Positions 49,628-62,800 of a stretch of DNA of 64,000 bases are shown piece by piece. This DNA is from Balanoglossus misakiensis (lineage: Eukaryota > Animalia > Hemichordata). Where the stretch lies: assembly GCA_040954595.2 (NCBI GenBank), contig CM082597.2, forward strand, positions 2,650,165-2,714,164. The letters run 5' to 3'. Below the pieces are notes generated by a model. It ran no database searches and was not told the DNA's origin. It saw only the letters and a program-made list of their open reading frames with translations. Each line of letters opens with the position of its first letter. The stretch's first letter is position 1. A program made the translations under genes and the position numbers.

Positions 49628-52600
49628 GTAAGACATAAGTCAAGTATCGGTATGTTGTACAATAGTCTGTCTATGGTCATCCTATACCGATACGTTTAAA
49701 TTAAAATTTAACTATAACAGTGTCGGTTTGGTGATCCCCTATGTTTATTTCTCTCGACTTAGCCTTTTGAATTTTTTTGTTCATTTTAGGGGTTTAATTT
49801 CGTAGGAAAATAATTCAGTGTGCACGGCCAATGCCAGTGCCAACCCAGTGTAATTCACATCTCAGCATCAATATAGACCTACTCAAGCTATTACTGAAAC
49901 TCGCAATGTACGCTTTTCAGCTAGAAATAACGAATTATATTCGTCTTCCCATGAGCTTATCGCTTGCCATGATCACCCAAGTAACATCCATCACTCTTTC
50001 CGACGAACGTTACGGCCCATGAAATGTATTTGTTTTTACGCGATTCCCTGCAAAATGCCCCCACATGCTACGATCACGCGATGGTCGCTCCGAAAAGACA
50101 ACAAATCTGCCCCTCCGCGCCTTATTGTGTCAAGTTTTGTCGAACTGCAACACTTCGATTGCTACATTACTCGAATGTCCGCTTTTGAGGCGCGAAATTC
50201 GCAGTGGACGTGAAAGACAACCCGGTAAACTGTGCGGATGTCCCGAGGGACGACTTTTGCAAGCAGAATAAAATGGCGGCCATGATTCAGTAAGACGAGG
50301 CCGTAAAGAAAGACAAATTTTTCGGATTTTATAGTTTTTTGTACATATTTCCACATTCAGTCTTCCATGAGTGATACGTTTCAAAAATTTCAACAGAAAA
50401 TCAGAATCAGCAACATGGCAAGTTGGTGATGATTTTATAAGTTCAATATTGTATACATGGCAAGATGACTATCTTGTAAATTGCCGAAAAATAGTTTATA
50501 TTTTGTTGTTTACTTGAATTTTTTTGTAAAAACTTTAACTGATATATTTCTTACTGAAAATCAAACTTATTTGCATCGGTTGAATTATACGATATTTCAG
50601 GAAATCTGTAGGCTTGAAGGAGGGAGATTTCGCAGACAGGGACCGCGAGCCAGTCTGCCGTGGAGTGACGAAAAAGATGGACCCGGGCGGGTAAAAAAAC
50701 TAGACTTTACCGATGGTGTCATTTTGAAAATACGCCGCGATTCGGTGGTAATGTTCAGGCCAGTTTCACCAAAGACAGCCCGGTATACAGATTAGGTAGA
50801 CAGAGGGAAGGCAACTACGAAATGACATTATTTATGGCGCCAGTAATGACTGAGTTTGTCACTATCAAAATAAGCACAAAATTGGGATGAGACGAGACTT
50901 AGTCCCGGTACTCGCCGAGCCTCTCAATAATTACCACGAGTAAAAATTGTCCGGGAAGCAAATCCATCCGCTCGCTGTTAATCTGTTACTCTTTCAACAA
51001 CATATTGCGAGCAACCCTGATCCTCTACTACCGACATTAAAATTCAGTTTTTGATTATTTTTTCCCCCTTCTCCTGGTTTATTTGCGGCGCTCGATATAA
51101 AAAATGTATCCCATTTACTTAATTGTGTCTCTTAGTGGCAAATACGTCCTATTAATCATCGTTGAATGATAAGTTATGTACGCTTTAAAAGCGGTCTGTT
51201 CAAAATGGTACCGAGTCAGAAATCTCTCAATCTGGCGTTATCGCCGGTCCCGGCCAGCATCTGTTTCGACATTTCACTCCCCTTCGTCGAAATCCTAGTC
51301 TATTTTTGTTGAATTTCAAATCATTCCGTCTCAGTCAAACATACGCAACGTTGATATTTCGTTAACTTTCGAGAGAGAAAAATCCGGGAATTTCAACGGC
51401 AGAGTTGCATCACTACTCAAAGTTAGCTTTACGGAAGCGCGCGTTTCGGCGCCCCTTCTCTGGGCGTAATTTGTTGCTATGGCGACGTTGCGTCTTAGTG
51501 TATAGTACAAAAAGTTGACAGGTTGCGTCACAGTTATAGATACCACGGCGAAGGCGAGTTGTGACAAACTTTGCCCTATAAATTTAGCCAAAGTTTCTCT
51601 CTCAGTAATAGCATGCCGAAATTCTGAGAATCGGGCGAGATACGCCCAACACCAATTTTATACTATGCAACAGCATGGATTGTTTTTCAATGGATACGCT
51701 TATAAACTTGGCTTGTCAGAGCCCAAAATCAAGTAATTACATTGGCCAATGCAGTTAATGGGGGATAGAATGAGATGCGTGCGTGCATTATTTATAAGAT
51801 ACGGTGGTTTTAACCGTGTTAATTGCAATATCTCACTTCTGGACGCGTCATCTATTTGCAAGCTGTTATGCCGCACCGCGCTCATTTCAACTCTGCGGTA
51901 CGGTACGGTGAAATTGGCGGGAATCTTTCGCGCGCGCGTCCGCAACAAGCACGCCGTACCGATGTTCATGTAGTGTACATTTTAAATGAATGCAGTCGCG
52001 AAATTTTGTATACATTGTATTTTTGTGTTCCGTACTTTGGCTTTTGAATGTGGAGCCTGTCACTTGTACCAGTAAAATTAAATAATCCATGCGATATAGA
52101 CAAAGAAGCCTAAATTTTAAAAGATATATACAAAATAATGATGATAGAAGTAAAATCTATATATTCGCAACTGCTCGATGGCCTTTCGAACGTGATAAAA
52201 TTATCATACTGTGTCTGCCTTTCCAGTTCAGCGCGGACAAAAACGGTTACGCGTAATGAAATTACGTTCCCAGCTTGTCCCCGTCTTCGTGGCCAACCCC
52301 GACTGGCCTCCGCAATCTGTCGTCATTTATCCGCTAAAATTTCTCTGTTGCGTGTCGTCAAAACGAGTAGAAGCCCTAAAGCGACCCTGGAGGCTACTAG
52401 CAAAATTGCGCCCTTGTTTAGAGGCCTCCGGTGACCCCTTTTTGGGAGCTAGCGATGCGCGACGAATAAGGAACAAAACTCAAAAGTGCCCTTGATGTGT
52501 GTTGCACGTCCTCTCAAAATTTTGCGCGCGCTTTTTCGGTCGGCACCCTGGAGGCTGCACTTTTTGTCGGCAGCAGTGAGAGTTTTCTGAAATGTTTATC

Positions 52601-54144
52601 TCGTCGTGTCCACGGCATTGATCTCAGCACGGACTGGTCGCACCACGTGAGCTGACGCGCCTAAGTCGTTTGACTTCCAGAATGGAACGTGTTTGCAAAT
52701 ATAATTTCTGGAAAACGCCTGAAATTGGGAGAATCTTCCGCATGCAGTCGTTTAGGAAAATAATGTTTCGGATGTCACGCACACGGCGTAATCAGAACCT
52801 CAATATTGACAATACATTACGTATAACTAGAAAGGTAAACTAGGCAACAAAAATTGCATTGCGTTTTATGAAGAGCCTTTAAAACTTGTCGCAATCAGTA
52901 AATTGAAGTGTTCGGTAAACAATTGACTCGATGAGTTCCACTCGGTAATTTCCGCTCCTTTTGTACTACCAAGGATGTGAGCAAATATTTATAAATATTT
53001 AATGATTCAGAAATACGAGAATACCAATTATCCGAATGAGAAATTCCGCCATTCATAGATGTCGTCTGCGCGGATATATCGGCGGGAAATTGCTGTATGG
53101 TGTTGTTGGCAACAAGTCGCGAATTGCGTTCCCGCTCACATATTTTGGCGGGAAATGAGAGTCGGCAAGTCGTTGCGGCGCGAACAATATTTAATATGAG
53201 TGAAAAATGCTGAAATACAAAGAGAATCTATCCTTGACAACGGGTGAACACGTGCAAAGGATTTTTACCGTCATTGCGAAAATAAAATATAGGCACCGAA
53301 ATGGAGGATTAGTCGGTACGGCGAAGATTAACGTCGGAAGATGTATTCAAAGGCAGGGCTTAAGAAAGGGTATTACGTTGGATTAATCGAAGACGTTCAT
53401 CTCTCGTAATGTAGAGATTTAACTTGAATTGTCTGGATTAAAATTTACTTTGTTCATTGACAAATTGTGACTTAGATGCGACGGACAAAGCACCAGATTG
53501 GGTGTTTTTGTGCGTTCTGGAATTAGTGTATATATTTCTTTTCTTCTCTATATAAAGTGCGCACCTACAGGGGTGATAAGACCTCTTGGAAAATTATTAA
53601 AACGACGGCAAAATTGATTTTGAGTATCAAAAACTTTCATTTGCCAATTTGTGACGACGATTTGGTACACATGCCATTTTCCCCCTTACTGTTCGGTTTT
53701 GCCTACGGTGAGTCGCGACTTTACAAATGACTTGTCATCTGACGTAAGATGGCATGTTAAATCTAAGACAGGACGCCCGTGCTCCCTTTTAGCGAGCGAC
53801 TGTTTGGAAGCGGTCAACCGATCATTGTGGAAATGTCTTGTGCTTTTGTGTTGTTATCTCTTACCCACCAACTCAAACCATAACTAAAAACCTGCGTCCA
53901 TTTCCAATAGCGAGATATTTTGTAGCTGAAGCGGTCATGTGGAAACGCATTAATGTCAAGCAAAATTCGAATTGCATACTTAGGAAATTTAAACGGTGAT
54001 ATGCTAATATATCCAGTATAATTGACTATGGTAATGATCTTTTAGCATTGTTTTATTGTCTTGTAGACTAATTGAAGTGGTGGTTTTATGCAATTGTGAT
54101 GCGCCACATGTGGTTCAGCATTGATATGGAATCTCTCTATCTCT

Positions 54145-54155
54145 CTATCTGTCTA

Positions 54156-54194
<39 letters not shown>
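54145..54194. repeat. (CTGT)n microsatellite
   Basis: Read directly. Confidence 0.92.
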
Positions 54195-54195
<1 letters not shown>

Positions 54196-54565
54196 CAGTG
54201 CCAATGCCAACATCTGCTTATAACCAGGCAAAACTTTTTCATCATTATTATCTTTGTCGTAAATGTCAATCTTGCATTATTGAAATATCGCAATATTCCT
54301 CTTTAATTGACACATCGTTCCAGAATAAAGATGGACAGAAAACCGAGTTAAGCCTCACTATTCACACATGTTATAAACTTGGCTTTTCTACATTGCATTA
54401 CTTTGACAACACAATAGCGAGCAAATTGCCCCAGTTTCAGTTTCACGATTGCATTAAGCTAATGAGATTAAGGGCCCTACGTCACCAGGTCTAACGACTT
54501 CCAGCGGGATTTATTAGTCCGATTAAATGTCCTAGATGTGAGTCATGATAGCTTTGAGTGTTGAC

Positions 54566-54813
54566 CTCTCTCTTTCTCTCTACATCTCTATATGTCCGTC
54601 TGTCTCACAGTCTCTTTCCGTTTCTCTGTCTTTGTCTCTCTCCGTCTCTTTCCTCTCTCTCTCTCTATGTCTCTATGTCTTTCTCTATCTCTACATGTCC
54701 GTTTCTCTCTTCATTCTCTGTCTCTATACGTTCATCCATCTCTCTCTCTTCCTTTCTATTTGTTCGTCTGTCATTCAGTTTCATTTCTCTACTCCTGTCT
54801 GTCTGTCTGTCTG

Positions 54814-54859
<46 letters not shown>

Positions 54860-54880
54860 CCTGCCTTTCTCTGCCTCTTT
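54566..54880. repeat. CT-rich polypyrimidine region ending in (CT)n
   Basis: Read directly; source of the spurious LSLSLS ORFs. Confidence 0.9.
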
Positions 54881-56929
54881 CAAATTATCTGACATTTCTG
54901 CATCGAGAACTAGCCAAGTGATATATTATCATCTTTCAAGCACGAAGCTAATTATTTCGAGCTTTATTTCCGAAAAACCGACAGAGCGTGGCAAAATCCT
55001 GGCAGTGCAGCAGCTACCGACTAGATGTACATTTTCTAATCAGTCCGATCGAATCCCATCAAACATGAGCGATTTGTCATTTTCAGAAAACCACTTGTTC
55101 TCGCTGTCGCCCCAGTCCCGAAAACGAACAACACACCCTTTAGAACATGGTTGTGGTTTCAACGTCAATGATCCATTCTTTTATATCACACATGTGGCCA
55201 TTGGAGCTTTAATATTACGTGAGGGCATTAGTCCGGTAAAGCCTCCGGGCTGTCTGTGGAGGCAAGCATTTTATATTTCTTGGCGACGAAAAGAATACAC
55301 AACGACAGTGTCTAGAGTTCATTGTCGTAAGTAAACAGTCATACACATTTTCCTCGTCTATATTTCACATAAACAAGCTGTCGTGTTGAAAAAGTGAACA
55401 TATGTCTACGCCACCACGATGCTATCATGATTTTAAAAAGATCCAAAATGGACAAAAAAACGACAAACTAAGATGGCGTCACAACTGCCACGACAAATAA
55501 ACAATGTGCCCGATAAACACAGAAGAAGTTTCTTCACCACTTTGCCTCTCTCTTAATTACAATTCACATGTACTTCGAAATGTTTAGATAATATATGCAT
55601 ATCCCGAATTAAATTACAAGCCAGAGAGTGACACCTGTCAATATCGAAATCAAGAAAACGACAGTCAAACAAGTGGCGTCCGACAGTAAACCTTGGAATA
55701 TGTTAAATTTTGCTGAGTTACCAACGACAGTTTACCCGCCAGTTAAAAGTAGCAAAAATTTCCAGCGTAGAAAATATCATATGGCAGCTTGCCAGTACGC
55801 AAGAGCTTCAATTTGCTAATTTGACTAAACTAATGCAAACGGAGACACGCGTCGCTAATTTAAGAGATAATTGCTCTGTCTAATTAGTGCACTGTTTCGG
55901 TCAAATGCGCGAAAACTAATCAAGTATTATGGGCGAGTCGATCTTTTGTTCGGTAAGAGAAAGGACGCGGTTCACTTTTACACGGCTGTCGGCTACGGCG
56001 GGCGAAGAAAAGAAACAAACCCGTTGCGCTCGACCGATAGCTTGAGCACTAGTACTCATCCTACTGTCTTTGATTAATATGTCTTGTGGTTAAAAGTACC
56101 TGTACACAATGAAACCGTCGGTCGCTTTTGTAATTACCAACAATACAAAGGAAACCTCGGACGTGGTCGGGTTTCATACATAGAAGTCAATTGTACACGA
56201 ACAGTTGGCCATCCTGCGAACAACAGATTATATTTCCGCTGGAAAATAGAAAGCAGTCATTCAATTCATTAATTAGGAAAATTAGATTGATATAAGCTAT
56301 GACTTCCCCAGTCACGATTTCGAATTTTCCATTTGGAAAATAGAGTCAACAGTTTCATAATTACACCAGTATTTATATTACTTATTAAATGAATTAGAAC
56401 GCGTTTTATACTTTACGCGAATGCATTATGGCGAGGGCACGCGAAAATATCATTTTAAGGATTCGGTATAACTTGAAGCTGAGCAGACGACAGAAAGTGA
56501 CTTGTTCAAAACCCGCGTACCGACACATTTATCATCCAAATTGTCGATCGTTGAAAGAATCATACTTTAAATACTTTTTCCTTCGGGACGGCAGACGCAA
56601 GACATGATAGTCACGATTTTTAACAAAATCATTAAAATAATTTCTAGGCCCCTCGGGGGATGAAACCTATATCTAATTAGTAAACGAGCGGGGATGCTTT
56701 CCGCGGGGCATACGCCTTTGACGTGAACATCTGTCGGTGGGTTCGACTCCCCCGGGGATCGGTAAAAAAGTAACATTTTCTGAGACCAGCGCGCGTGTCA
56801 ATTTTGTGTGTTTTGCTAGAGAGTCAATTTCATTGTGTACACTTGCCACAGTTTCGTTTTCACAAAGCGCGCAACTTACAGGGAATATGTACACCACACA
56901 TACACTGTGAAATGTTGGCTTTGTTAAAC

Positions 56930-56959
56930 CATAGTCAGTAGAGGGGGAGATGGTCTGTG
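56930..56959. mobile_element. 30-bp hairpin micro-insertion CATAGTCAGTAGAGGGGGAGATGGTCTGTG with perfect 7-bp TSD GTTAAAC
   Basis: GTTAAAC at 56923-56929 and 56960-56966 flank the insert; the ends are imperfect inverted repeats (CATAGTCA / TGGTCTGTG). Confidence 0.65.
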
Positions 56960-58229
56960 GTTAAACTACCGATATACTTGGCTGAGCCGAATGTGAAAAT
57001 TAAGTGACGTTAGATTTTGATGTAACAGTTTAGATAAAATTCAAAATGGAGTTTCTTGTGTGGAGACGTCGAGGGATGTCGTTCTGGTTATTTCGTTCAC
57101 GATACAACATAATAAGAAGCGCTTATTTCCACTTTAGTATGATTACTACCTTCAATAGAGAATAGCCTACCGACAATAATCATCCACATCCACTTCATAT
57201 CAATCATTTCTGTCTCGTCTGCAATTTCTCTTAATGTTTAATTGATGACGTCATACATTAAATATTGCATCAAGAAATTGTCAAGACGAATTAGTCCGAT
57301 AACATGAAAGCACTGCGGCCTTCGATATTCCTTCTCTGCGCAGAATCCTTACTAATGAAAACTCGTTGGACAATGTAATTGGTTGAATATTTAAATTTAG
57401 CGTTTACTTTAGTGTCGTTACCCCCTCTGCATATTAAACAGCCACGCAACATAGCAGGAATTATTCTAGTTTAATTTGTTGGAGAATAGCAAATATGTGG
57501 CAAAGACGCTTTTTCAATAATTATCAAAATGTAAACTTACTATCTTCAAGGGTAATGGGATCTTTTCAGTAATTACTAAATCCATAAACATATCATCTTC
57601 CCTTCCCTCTTGACGTAAAAATTTTGTTGTGAAATAAGGATATGCTTGTCAGCAATATATTCAATTATCACATAATTTGGCTGCCAGAATGCACGCTGCT
57701 TTGGCAGTTATTTCACGTAGTCTTGTATGAAGTGAACGGCCCCATTCTGCGGAGAATCCCTTGAAGGTATTTGTCCACGCTCTGGCGCACTTGTCACATT
57801 AAATTGACCCCCTTCACGTCATTTATGCAGATGACATCCAGGAGACTGACCTAGGTCACCCAGGCGAGAGTGTTTTCCAGGAATACCTTTCTGCACATGC
57901 TTGCAAAAGCTACAGCCAGATCCCCATTTTGATGCACATTTTCTGCTCACTGCTATATTTTCTGCTGTCGGTTTATTCATGATCTGTCGTCCGCTGATCA
58001 GATACATGTACGTGTATATAGAATCCATGAATGTGTTTGGTTGGCCAAGACGTTTGGGTCATACAGCAACATTATGAATTGCGTTTTTCTGAGTGAAGGC
58101 AGTTCACTTGATATCATCCTTTTTCTGACAGTACTTTTATTCTATTTTTTCCAGAAAGCCTGGATAGATTGTTGAGAGATTAAAAGACTTGGTGGTAAGC
58201 ATTCGACGTTGAGAGTGACGTCACCGGAA

Positions 58230-58577
58230 ATGGTGCTCCCAACCATCAAACAGGAACCCGAGGAAACCTCGTCAGAGGCAGAGGTCAACGAGAATCACCT
58301 CGGGATTCAGAACGAGAACCACAACATGGGTGCTAACGGCCGCAAAGAGGCGCACTTGACGCGGGAGGAGCGACGCCGGCGACGCAGAGCCACTGCAAAA
58401 TACAGAACAGCCCACGCCACACGGGAAAGGATACGAGTCGAAGCCTTTAACGTGGCATTCGGCGAACTTCGGAAACTGCTTCCGACTTTGCCACCGGATA
58501 AGAAACTGTCGAAGATCGAAATACTCCGACTGGCCATTTGCTATATCTCCTATCTTAACCATGTCCTCGATGTTTAA
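58230..58577 (+). CDS. NHLH: NHLH/NSCL/HEN-family neural bHLH transcription factor, 115 aa, single coding exon
   Basis: [71 protein letters not shown] is the NHLH1/2 bHLH and C-terminus. Start GAAATGG at 58230; acceptor at 58154/58155. Confidence 0.97.
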   Translation: MVLPTIKQEPEETSSEAEVNENHLGIQNENHNMGANGRKEAHLTREERRRRRRATAKYRTAHATRERIRVEAFNVAFGELRKLLPTLPPDKKLSKIEILRLAICYISYLNHVLDV

Positions 58578-59057
58578 ATTGACTCCACGAGAACTGTTGT
58601 GTTGTTCAGCCGAACAACAACTATAGTTTCTGGTGCAATATAGAGCCGCTCTGGAGAGTGCAATATGGAACTGTTCTGGAGTGTGCAATTTCGAAAAAAA
58701 GTCACGTTTTAGTATGGACTCTCATGCCACAGGAAGTAGATGAGGAAATGACGTATTCATACGGGTTTCACTAAACTTGTCATTTCCATGTGACGTCATG
58801 ATATTCAGACAGAAATGTGAATAAGACCCAGTGACGATGCAGTTGTGTATGCAAGTTTAACTTTCACGCTATACGTGAATGACTGAACAATCGTGTATAT
58901 ACTTCACTTGTTTATTTGCAGTACGCTGTATCGTCTCACTACAGCCGAACAGCTGTCTACAAATGCCAAACTATGAATTACAATTCCAAACATATTTAAT
59001 TCTCTTGCATTGACTTTATGATGGACACAAATTTACCATTTGGTTTAAAAGTGACAC

Positions 59058-59250
59058 GTTTATTTATTTATTTATTTATTATCAAATATTACCTCCACAT
59101 TATTTATGGAATGTTGTTCCGCACTCTCTGCGGCGAATATACTTAACGTAATTTTTCATGAACTGAACTTGTCGGGCGGGGAATGTGCAATATTCAGTAA
59201 TGTTCCATTTTTTTGTTTTCAGCGAAAGTAAATTCAAGTGAAAATAAAGT
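59058..59250 (+). terminator. NHLH 3'UTR AU-rich element and polyadenylation signal
   Basis: Overlapping ATTTA pentamers at ~59060-59080; AATAAA at 59243-59248 followed by T/GT-rich sequence. Confidence 0.6.
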
Positions 59251-59881
59251 ATTCACCAGTATTTTTTTGACTGTTGTTTTCAGCATTACCTCTGCAAGCT
59301 AATTAAAAATCAACTGTTGACAAGTATGATTTTAAATTCTTATTTCTTTTATTTCTAACTTCATAGAAATGCACAATATGACAACCACGATGGCATGTAT
59401 TTTCAACCTTGTGTATTGGAAGATAGGTCGAGAGTAATTTATGTTCTAGTAATCAGAAAAGTAGAAAAATATAGTTTTAAATAATTTCAGATAATATCAC
59501 ATGTCAATAAGTACATGTATAGGTGAACATATTTCAGACAAGCAAAGGAGACATTCAAATAACTCAATGTCTTCTTCGTGTCCGTGGCGATGGAGATACA
59601 CGCGAACTGCATACAGCGTCATCACATTACAATGTATCATTCTCAGGCTCAGGTGGTCAGTAGGAAGAATCGCATCTCTTGAATAACGCAAGTCCTCGCC
59701 TTTTTAATCTCCGTTGTTGCTTGACGGGAATAAGCAATTATCGGTCACGACATTCAACATCTGAGACACCACATCGCTGACGCCGTTCTCCTTGAAAACT
59801 AATGCGGGCCTGTAAAGTAAAACCTGACTACCTGCCTGTTAGTTCTCACTTCAATGTTTTTTTTAACTACCCAGGTAAGTG

Positions 59882-62800
59882 ATGATTTTTTGGCATTTTT
59901 GAACATTTTTCATGGGTTAACCATCATGATTTTTTTCAAAAAATGACAATTTTTCGACTTGCCGAATTTTCACATTTTGGGCATTTCTGAACATTTTTCA
60001 TGGGTTAACCATCATGGTTTTTGTCGAAAAACCGCGAATTTTCGAGTTGCCGAATTTCGAGATTTTCGGCCGATTTGAACATTTTTCATGGGTTAACCAT
60101 CATGGTTTTTGTCGAAAAACCGCGAATTTTCGAGTTGCCGAATTTCGAGATTTTCGGCCGATTTGAACATTTTTCATGGGTTAACCATCATGGTTTTTGT
60201 CGAAAAACCGCGAATTTTCGAGTTGCCGAATTTCGAGATTTTCGGCCGATTTGAACATTTTTCATGGGTTAACCATCATGGTTTTTGTCGAAAAACCGCG
60301 AATTTTCGAGTTGCCGAATTTCGAGATTTTCGGCCGATTTGAACATTTTTCATGGGTTAACCATCATGGTTTTTGTCGAAAAACCGCGAATTTTCGAGTT
60401 GCCGAATTTCGAGATTTTCGGCCGATTTGAACATTTTTCATGGGTTAACCATCATGGTTTTTGTCGAAAAACCGCGAATTTTCGAGTTGCCGAATTTCGA
60501 GATTTTCGGCCGATTTGAACATTTTTCATGGGTTAACCATCATGGTTTTTGTCGAAAAACCGCGAATTTTCGAGTTGCCGAATTTCGAGATTTTCGGCCG
60601 ATTTGAACATTTTTCATGGGTTAACCATCATGGTTTTTGTCGAAAAACCGCGAATTTTCGAGTTGCCGAATTTCGAGATTTTCGGCCGATTTGAACATTT
60701 TTCATGGGTTAACCATCATGGTTTTTGTCGAAAAACCGCGAATTTTCGAGTTGCCGAATTTCGAGATTTTCGGCCGATTTGAACATTTTTCATGGGTTAA
60801 CCATCATGGTTTTTGTCGAAAAACCGCGAATTTTCGAGTTGCCGAATTTCGAGATTTTCGGCCGATTTGAACATTTTTCATGGGTTAACCATCATGGTTT
60901 TTGTCGAAAAACCGCGAATTTTCGAGTTGCCGAATTTCGAGATTTTCGGCCGATTTGAACATTTTTCATGGGTTAACCATCATGGTTTTTGTCGAAAAAC
61001 CGCGAATTTTCGAGTTGCCGAATTTCGAGATTTTCGGCCGATTTGAACATTTTTCATGGGTTAACCATCATGGTTTTTGTCGAAAAACCGCGAATTTTCG
61101 AGTTGCCGAATTTCGAGATTTTCGGCCGATTTGAACATTTTTCATGGGTTAACCATCATGGTTTTTGTCGAAAAACCGCGAATTTTCGAGTTGCCGAATT
61201 TCGAGATTTTCGGCCGATTTGAACATTTTTCATGGGTTAACCATCATGGTTTTTGTCGAAAAACCGCGAATTTTCGAGTTGCCGAATTTCGAGATTTTCG
61301 GCCGATTTGAACATTTTTCATGGGTTAACCATCATGGTTTTTGTCGAAAAACCGCGAATTTTCGAGTTGCCGAATTTCGAGATTTTCGGCCGATTTGAAC
61401 ATTTTTCATGGGTTAACCATCATGGTTTTTGTCGAAAAACCGCGAATTTTCGAGTTGCCGAATTTCGAGATTTTCGGCCGATTTGAACATTTTTCATGGG
61501 TTAACCATCATGGTTTTTGTCGAAAAACCGCGAATTTTCGAGTTGCCGAATTTCGAGATTTTCGGCCGATTTGAACATTTTTCATGGGTTAACCATCATG
61601 GTTTTTGTCGAAAAACCGCGAATTTTCGAGTTGCCGAATTTCGAGATTTTCGGCCGATTTGAACATTTTTCATGGGTTAACCATCATGGTTTTTGTCGAA
61701 AAACCGCGAATTTTCGAGTTGCCGAATTTCGAGATTTTCGGCCGATTTGAACATTTTTCATGGGTTAACCATCATGGTTTTTGTCGAAAAAACCGCGAAT
61801 TTTCGAGTTGCCGAATTTCGAGATTTTCGGCCGATTTGAACATTTTTCATGGGTTAACCATCATGGTTTTTGTCGAAAAACCGCGAATTTTCGAGTTGCC
61901 GAATTTCGAGATTTTCGGCCGATTTGAACATTTTTCATGGGTTAACCATCATGGTTTTTGTCGAAAAACCGCGAATTTTCGAGTTGCCGAATTTCGAGAT
62001 TTTCGGCCGATTTGAACATTTTTCATGGGTTAACCATCATGGTTTTTGTCGAAAAACCGCGAATTTTCGAGTTGCCGAATTTCGAGATTTTCGGCCGATT
62101 TGAACATTTTTCATGGGTTAACCATCATGGTTTTTGTCGAAAAACCGCGAATTTTCGAGTTGCCGAATTTCGAGATTTTCGGCCGATTTGAACATTTTTC
62201 ATGGGTTAACCATCATGGTTTTTGTCGAAAAACCGCGAATTTTCGAGTTGCCGAATTTCGAGATTTTCGGCCGATTTGAACATTTTTCATGGGTTAACCA
62301 TCATGGTTTTTGTCGAAAAACCGCGAATTTTCGAGTTGCCGAATTTCGAGATTTTCGGCCGATTTGAACATTTTTCATGGGTTAACCATCATGGTTTTTG
62401 TCGAAAAACCGCGAATTTTCGAGTTGCCGAATTTCGAGATTTTCGGCCGATTTGAACATTTTTCATGGGTTAACCATCATGGTTTTTGTCGAAAAACCGC
62501 GAATTTTCGAGTTGCCGAATTTCGAGATTTTCGGCCGATTTGAACATTTTTCATGGGTTAACCATCATGGTTTTTGTCGAAAAACCGCGAATTTTCGAGT
62601 TGCCGAATTTCGAGATTTTCGGCCGATTTGAACATTTTTCATGGGTTAACCATCATGGTTTTTGTCGAAAAACCGCGAATTTTCGAGTTGCCGAATTTCG
62701 AGATTTTCGGCCGATTTGAACATTTTTCATGGGTTAACCATCATGGTTTTTGTCGAAAAACCGCGAATTTTCGAGTTGCCGAATTTCGAGATTTTCGGCC

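Noticed and set aside
54545-55334. 258-aa Ser/Leu-rich ORF
   Set aside because: It derives from a CT-rich simple repeat in the predicted NHLH intron and has a non-ATG start.
56690-56760. Possible tRNA from the GGTTCGACTCC B-box/T-loop-like motif
   Set aside because: I could not build an acceptor stem, D-arm or A-box. At most it is a relic, and it is also explained as an EBF-like site.
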